The position numbers were made by a program, and so were the translations under genes. The notes beneath the pieces are model-generated. The model was not told the origin of the DNA. It did not search any database and saw only the letters and a program-made list of their open reading frames with translations. Of a stretch of 20,000 nt of DNA, positions 15,221 to 20,000 are shown piece after piece; within the stretch, counting starts at the first letter, position 1, and every line of letters starts with the position of its first letter. Source of the DNA: an uncultured virus (IMG/VR IMGVR_UViG_3300010157_000054). Lineage: Duplodnaviria; Heunggongvirae; Uroviricota; Caudoviricetes. The stretch is taken from the IMG/VR virus record IMGVR_UViG_3300010157_000054; one strand, written 5' to 3'.

Positions 15221-16177
15221 TTATTTCTTAGGTACACAATTGGGGACAGTTTTGCCGCCCTTTTTCTTCATGCCTACTTGCTTGTAATCTTTCCAGCAAG
15301 GATCGTTATCCTCGCCAATATTCTTATCTATGCCACGACTGGCAATGCCGCCACGCTTGCGTTTTGCCGCAAGTTCTTCTATGCCGTGGCGGATTTGTTC
15401 TATGTTTTGTTCAAGACCCATAAACATTCCGCCTTGGGCTTTTTTAACAATTTCTTCCCACGCTACCAGGCTATCACTATCTGCTAGTTGTGCTAGTTCT
15501 TTCAACTGGGCACGGGCTGACATAATACGGCCTTTAAGGCTCATAGGATTAGCTTTTTCGTGACCGTATATAGTTGGATCGTTTGGATCACCAGTCATGT
15601 CGATTGGAGTTTCTTGTAAATCGCCGATGCTTTGTTTGTAAGCAATAGCGGCATCAATCTCTTCTAGACTTAGTTTTGGAGCAAACCCTTTGTATGTTCC
15701 AGCTTTTAATCCTTGCAACACAGTCATTTTTAAATTAGATCCACGCGGACCTGTTGGAGCAGGGGCTGCCTCAGGGGCTGCCTCAGGGGCGATTGGTTGC
15801 CCAGTTAGTCGATTGATCCCCGGCGGAGTTTCTTGTCCAGGTACTACCCGCTCATTAAGTCTACTTTCTCTCATCATAACACGATCAGCAATAGTTTGTG
15901 CGTACTGATTAATCAGTTGACGCTTGTGTGCTTGTGCTTCTACAGCTTCTTCATCAAGTTCTTGAAGATAGCCTTTCAGCAATGATTCTGTTCTAATTAG
16001 GGGAGGTGTTTCTTTAGGTGTAGCATAATGTTGCATTGCCATTTGTACAGGCAACGCAACTTTATGTGGATTAGCACCTTCAGTAACGACTGAAAGAAAT
16101 TTCTTCATGTCGTTTGCGCCTTCTACAGGCTTTGTAGATACTCCATCCAACGCCTGTAGTATGCGCTTCATGTCCAT
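15221..16177 (-). CDS. probable virion internal protein with C-terminal CW...VPNCV module
   Basis: Ends DPCWKDYKQVGMKKKGGKTVPNCVPKK, a module I recognise from T4-like phage proteins; APEAAPEAAP repeat. Confidence 0.6.
   Translation of the reverse strand: MDMKRILQALDGVSTKPVEGANDMKKFLSVVTEGANPHKVALPVQMAMQHYATPKETPPLIRTESLLKGYLQELDEEAVEAQAHKRQLINQYAQTIADRVMMRESRLNERVVPGQETPPGINRLTGQPIAPEAAPEAAPAPTGPRGSNLKMTVLQGLKAGTYKGFAPKLSLEEIDAAIAYKQSIGDLQETPIDMTGDPNDPTIYGHEKANPMSLKGRIMSARAQLKELAQLADSDSLVAWEEIVKKAQGGMFMGLEQNIEQIRHGIEELAAKRKRGGIASRGIDKNIGEDNDPCWKDYKQVGMKKKGGKTVPNCVPKK
15761..15790 (-). repeat. 12-bp tandem repeat, ~2.5 copies
   Basis: aggggctgcctc-aggggctgcctc-aggggc encodes APEAAPEAAP. Confidence 0.8.
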
Positions 16178-16181
16178 TGGA

Positions 16182-17576
16182 TTACCCCAATAGACGCTTT
16201 GTTAACGCACGTAATTGATCAACTTCGCTTGATTCTTTAACAATAACATTTTCGTTAAGATTTAAACGACCAGTTAGTTCACGCATACGAGCTAATTCAG
16301 AACTTTCTTTAACTGTTTCTTTCTTATCAGCAACTGCTTTCTTCATTGGCTCTTTTTTGTCACCATCTTTGTCCATGTCTAAGAAGTCAGGCTTTTTACC
16401 TTTCTTAGCTTCGGCAACTGCTTGAGCAACATATGATTCAGTTTTCTTTTCTTTCTTAGCAAAAGGATTAACACCTTTCTTTGGACCTGCTTTCTTATCA
16501 GCAACTGCTTTCTTCATTGGCTCTTTTTTGTCACCATCTTTGTCCATGTCTAAGAAGTCAGGCTTTTTACCTTTACCTTCGTAAACGCCTTGACCATAAG
16601 TTTCGTCAACTTCTTTTTCTTTCTTAGCATTAGGATCAACTTTCTTGCCATCTTTAACACGAGTTACTGTGCCTGGATTTTTCTTTTCGTAGTCTTTAGA
16701 ATCTTTAGCGGCAGCTTTGTCAGCAGCCTTGTCAGCGGCTTTGTCAGCGGCTGAGCGTGACTTAGCTTGGCTCTTTGGTTCTGTATGTGGCTCGTCAGTG
16801 AAACGATTTGGATTGTGAGTATGGCGTGTTACCCCTTTTGATGGACGAGTAATTTCACCGCCTGTTGAAGATAATTCTTCTTCAACTTCTTTTGATGGAG
16901 TATATGTACCCTTAACTTCGCCTGTACCAAAATTTGTACTGCCACCTGGGTATTCTGCGGTTAACTCATCTAATTCTTGATTGTCTGGAATACCATTATG
17001 ATTCTTATCTAGACGCTTGTGTGCTGCATGAGTAGCTTTGGTTAAACGCTTATATTTTTCAACTTTCTTTTCAACATGATCAGGAACAGGCATGCCCATA
17101 GTAAGTCTCTTACCAGTACCACCACATTCTGTACATTGCTCTTCTTTGCCGCCACCGATCATTCTAGTTTCTTCAACTTTAGATTTTTTAGCTTGTTTTA
17201 CTTTAAGCTCTTTGATCTTTGCTTTAGCTTCCATTAACTTGTTCTTAAGAGCAACTTTTTGCCCTTCAGAAAGAACATCACTGTTATCTAGCTTATGACC
17301 GTATTCGCTGAACTCCATCTCGTATTCAAGATAGTGATATACTGAAGCAATATAATCAGCGGCTTTAGTAATCTTAGCTTGTACCCAACCTTCTAGTTGA
17401 GCGTTGTCTTCTAGCTTTTTAAATAGCTTGAAACTGTAGTTAGCTAGTTTGTACAAATCAGCTTTGGCCATTGCGCCTTCTTCGTCTGTTTGTCCTGGCT
17501 CTAAGCCCACGACTTGCCCGCTCATTTCTGGTTGTGTTGGTTCCATTTCTGGGCTCATTTGATCTAATTCTGGCAT
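16182..17576 (-). CDS. Lys/Glu-rich probable virion internal protein with DxDxDG Ca-binding-like motifs
   Basis: PDFLDMDKDGDKKEPMKKA x2, LDKNHNGIPD, CTECGGTG, AADK repeats, C-terminal VKESSE x2; GGAG SD. Confidence 0.65.
   Translation of the reverse strand: MPELDQMSPEMEPTQPEMSGQVVGLEPGQTDEEGAMAKADLYKLANYSFKLFKKLEDNAQLEGWVQAKITKAADYIASVYHYLEYEMEFSEYGHKLDNSDVLSEGQKVALKNKLMEAKAKIKELKVKQAKKSKVEETRMIGGGKEEQCTECGGTGKRLTMGMPVPDHVEKKVEKYKRLTKATHAAHKRLDKNHNGIPDNQELDELTAEYPGGSTNFGTGEVKGTYTPSKEVEEELSSTGGEITRPSKGVTRHTHNPNRFTDEPHTEPKSQAKSRSAADKAADKAADKAAAKDSKDYEKKNPGTVTRVKDGKKVDPNAKKEKEVDETYGQGVYEGKGKKPDFLDMDKDGDKKEPMKKAVADKKAGPKKGVNPFAKKEKKTESYVAQAVAEAKKGKKPDFLDMDKDGDKKEPMKKAVADKKETVKESSELARMRELTGRLNLNENVIVKESSEVDQLRALTKRLLG
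16319..16574. repeat. exact 85-bp direct repeat (16319-16403 and 16490-16574)
   Basis: Base-by-base identical; in-frame offset of 171 bp. Confidence 0.92.
16706..16753 (-). repeat. 12-bp imperfect tandem repeat encoding AADK
   Basis: ttgtcagc(a/g)gc units; protein SAADKAADKAADKAAAK. Confidence 0.75.
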
Positions 17577-17601
17577 GGTATGTAACTCCGTTATCTTTAT
17601 G

Positions 17602-17608
17602 TATTTAG
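17602..17608 (-). promoter_or_regulatory. putative phage late-promoter core (CTAAATA)
   Basis: CTAAATA about 26 nt upstream of ATG 17576; similar ATAAATA at 15218-15224. Resembles the T4 late promoter TATAAATA. Confidence 0.45.
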
Positions 17609-18249
17609 CGTCTTTTAACTACTGCGGCCTTCTTTGCCGGGCCACCAAATAGGCTGCTTCCTTTAATATCTAAACCGTTTTTAGCAGTTCCGTCTTTGTT
17701 TCTAGGTTGTACAACCTTAGGTTGCGGGGGTGCTTTTGTACCACTATGCCCAGGTCTACCGATATAACTCTTCTTTCCACGTGCTTTTCCCGGACTAATA
17801 TGTGGTGCATCCACGGTACCTATACTAGCAGAACTAGTTGCTCCGGCAGTTGCTGATTCGTTAGTCGGTGCCCACCATTTACCGGGTCCAAATTCTTTGT
17901 CAGCACTATCTTTTTGCATACTAAAACTACGACCGCTTGTACTGTATTTTGCCTTAGCCCACTTTCCACTTTTAGTTTTTTTAACTCCGTACATGGCAGC
18001 TGTGTCTTCTTGTCCAGGTTGTACACTGTAAAAGTAGTAACCTTTTAATACAGGCTTATCTTCCGGTGCTTGGTAACGTTGTTGTGGCTCTTTATCCCAC
18101 CCTTCGTCATTTGCACCACCATCATCTTGATATGCTTGTGATTGATGCTTGCCCATGCCGCTTACGCTAGAACGATAGTCTCGATCATAAGCACTTGGAC
18201 TGCCTGGTCGACGATAATGACCGTCGGTTAAAAGTTCACGTATTTTCAT
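17605..18249 (-). CDS. hypothetical probable virion internal protein
   Basis: Starts MKIRELL; contains NESATAGATSSASIGTV and a basic low-complexity C-terminus. Confidence 0.65.
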   Translation of the reverse strand: MKIRELLTDGHYRRPGSPSAYDRDYRSSVSGMGKHQSQAYQDDGGANDEGWDKEPQQRYQAPEDKPVLKGYYFYSVQPGQEDTAAMYGVKKTKSGKWAKAKYSTSGRSFSMQKDSADKEFGPGKWWAPTNESATAGATSSASIGTVDAPHISPGKARGKKSYIGRPGHSGTKAPPQPKVVQPRNKDGTAKNGLDIKGSSLFGGPAKKAAVVKRR

Positions 18250-18644
18250 ATGCCGTATTGATTCCGTTTAGGGTTGGCAACAGTACTTTTTGTATTTGTA
18301 CCCTCAACTTCTTCACTATTTTTTGAAGTTAGTGTTTTGCCTTTCAATCCCATATTTTTTTTGCTTTTATTAATAATCTCTTCTTCAGCGTCAGTGTAAG
18401 CGAAAGTTGCCAATTGATTAGCAGTATGACTTTTTTGATCCATTGGGTGTAGATCGTCCGGACTACCGGCCATGTTTACACCAAATCTATACATATCGTA
18501 ATACCAACCAGGTAGTTCTGGGTAAGTGGTCATATTTTTAATTGCTGACTTATGATGAGAATGAAGTTTGCCAGTTTTGCCCTTTCTCCCGCCGTTGCCG
18601 CCGGTATCTCCAGTATCTTCGTTAAACAGTTCTCTTAAATTCAT
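18246..18644 (-). CDS. hypothetical protein, paralog of the C-terminal domain of the 19367-20000 gene (probable start ATG 18644)
   Basis: Starts MNLRELFNE; YRFGVNMAGSPD...YTDAE...SEE...NQYGI; ATGA overlaps at both ends. Confidence 0.75.
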   Translation of the reverse strand: MNLRELFNEDTGDTGGNGGRKGKTGKLHSHHKSAIKNMTTYPELPGWYYDMYRFGVNMAGSPDDLHPMDQKSHTANQLATFAYTDAEEEIINKSKKNMGLKGKTLTSKNSEEVEGTNTKSTVANPKRNQYGI

Positions 18645-18931
18645 TTGACTGGTTTCTCCCCAGTCATGTAGGGCAAGCTGAACCATAGTTTAAACCACTC
18701 GGGAGTTCCGGGTTTAATATTATGCTTTTTCATTAACTCGCCTTTAGCATTACCAGTTACACTAATATTACTACCTTGATTGGCACGATATTCGTGTAAT
18801 CTTGCTTCACCGCCAAGACCGCCTAATCCTGCTAATGCTTTTAATTCATGTATAGGATCATCGGGAGCAAGGTAGCAATCTTCATTGCTATCCTGATTTA
18901 AATTTTCTGCGGTGATCCTATACTGTTTCAT
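18641..18931 (-). CDS. hypothetical protein (probable start ATG 18931)
   Basis: ATGA overlap with the dps stop; motif NIKPGTPEWFKLWFSLPY. Confidence 0.7.
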   Translation of the reverse strand: MKQYRITAENLNQDSNEDCYLAPDDPIHELKALAGLGGLGGEARLHEYRANQGSNISVTGNAKGELMKKHNIKPGTPEWFKLWFSLPYMTGEKPVK

Positions 18932-19365
18932 TTTAAACTTGCTCTCAACATCCAACTGTGTTTCTTATGTGCGTCCTGTCGATCAGCTAAGAAATTACTT
19001 AGTCCGTGATCACCGTTTTGCTCAGCCATATCAAATGTAATACGAAATATATTAGCCATACGTTCGCTATCTTCTAACAGTTCACCTAGCATCTCACTCC
19101 ATTCCGGTACAGAATTTTCATCTTTAACTTGTGTGAGCATACTAAATTTGCTATAGCTGGCAGGCGCATACACTTGTAATGCTCGTAGTTCTTCAGCAAA
19201 CTGATCAATAGCACTGTACACTTCGTCGTAAATTCTTTCGAATAACAAATGATGTTGATAAAATAAAGGACCTTCGGTATTCCAGTGAAAGTTCTGTGCT
19301 TTTAAAGCAAACGCATATTCACTTGCGAATGCTGTTTTTAATGCTAAATGATATTTCTCGTCCAC
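18928..19365 (-). CDS. dps: Dps / ferritin-like DNA protection protein
   Basis: KAQNFHWNTEGPLFYQHHLLFERIY...DQFAEELRAL...HKKHSWML; GTG start with GGAG SD. Confidence 0.93.
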   Translation of the reverse strand: MDEKYHLALKTAFASEYAFALKAQNFHWNTEGPLFYQHHLLFERIYDEVYSAIDQFAEELRALQVYAPASYSKFSMLTQVKDENSVPEWSEMLGELLEDSERMANIFRITFDMAEQNGDHGLSNFLADRQDAHKKHSWMLRASLK

Positions 19366-19366
19366 T

Positions 19367-20000
19367 TTAAACTCCGTATTGATTCTTTTTACGTTTTGCC
19401 ACTGAACTAGTCTTATTTACAGTTGGTAACTCTTGACTACGCTTTCCTGACCAGTTTTCAATCTTACCACCACCTACTAGTAAAGAAGCTTTCTTAACCA
19501 TTTCAAGTTCTTCGGGTGTATATGTTGATAGTAGAGGATCTCCGCCTAACCATGTATCACCGGCCATCTTTGTAGGATAGTCAGGGGCGCCAGCAAGGGC
19601 AATACCCAACCTGTAGTTCAAATAAGACGATCCTGTACTTGAGTTTTGATCAGGCATTGTTATCATATTTTTCATTGATGCTTTATATTCTTTATCTAAG
19701 GGTGTTGTTTTACCCTTCATTTTATTACCTTGACCGTTTTTAGCTTCATTAATAGCACGTTCCATTTCACGAACTTGCTCGGCTAGGCGGCGCTCTTTTA
19801 ACTTGGCGGCAATCGGCGCCGGAATATCTTTGTCTATTTTATCTATTGATGGCATAGCTGGTTTTATCTCTTGTGGTGTATTTACCGGTTCTGTAGATAC
19901 AGGAAGTTCAGCTGGCTCTTCCGCCGCCGGCTTAATTCTCATAAACCTTCTAGCAGTATCCATGAGTTTTTTAATCCACGGCACTCCTAATTTCTTAACA
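19367..20000 (-). CDS. hypothetical protein, probably 5'-truncated by the window edge
   Basis: The frame stays open to the window end (VKKLGVPWIKKLM...); C-terminal domain YRLGIALAGAPD...NQYGV. Confidence 0.7.
   Translation of the reverse strand, partial: VKKLGVPWIKKLMDTARRFMRIKPAAEEPAELPVSTEPVNTPQEIKPAMPSIDKIDKDIPAPIAAKLKERRLAEQVREMERAINEAKNGQGNKMKGKTTPLDKEYKASMKNMITMPDQNSSTGSSYLNYRLGIALAGAPDYPTKMAGDTWLGGDPLLSTYTPEELEMVKKASLLVGGGKIENWSGKRSQELPTVNKTSSVAKRKKNQYGV

Noticed and set aside
16319..16574. 85-bp repeat as a CRISPR array or DGR template/variable repeat
   Set aside because: Only two copies, in frame within one CDS, identical with no adenine-specific mismatches; no cas or reverse transcriptase gene in the window.
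1447..17298. Plus-strand ORFs in the track (e.g. 1447..1668, 6589..6936, 12540..12887, 14608..15024)
   Set aside because: They lie antisense to well-supported minus-strand genes and have no recognisable motifs; treated as shadow ORFs.
1518..18026. Alternative-frame minus-strand ORFs 1518..1760, 4820..5041 and 17820..18026
   Set aside because: Each is fully nested in a better-supported gene, with no motif support.
1..20000. Stop-codon reassignment as in some large phages
   Set aside because: Genes are full length in the standard code, and TAA, TGA and TAG all appear as plausible stops.

Overview
A 20-kb segment of a large T4-like (jumbo-type) dsDNA phage genome, with tightly packed genes all on the minus strand in the standard genetic code. 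Reading in transcription order (right to left) there are three parts. (1) ~20000-13197: a block of probable virion/head-internal proteins with low complexity and frequent hydrophobic-x-Glu sites, including a peptidoglycan-binding protein and a Dps ferritin-like gene, closed by an intrinsic terminator. (2) 13085-8524: a replication module with a DsbA/GapR-like DNA-binding protein, a family B DNA polymerase with a twin-hairpin leader, a UDP-sugar dehydrogenase and a sliding clamp. (3) 8524-1: a nucleotide/DNA-modification cluster with a membrane protein, a TGT-fold DpdA-like transglycosylase, a QueE-N-terminus-like protein, a QueD-like T-fold protein, a GT4-type glycosyltransferase, a cupin, a purine phosphoribosyltransferase, a HIT hydrolase, an SGNH hydrolase and the start of folE, which the ORF track missed. 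The best candidate for a new system is a 7-deazaguanine DNA-modification pathway coupled to sugar activation and transfer, possibly giving a glycosylated deazaguanine base. All family calls come from motif recognition; no database searches were run.
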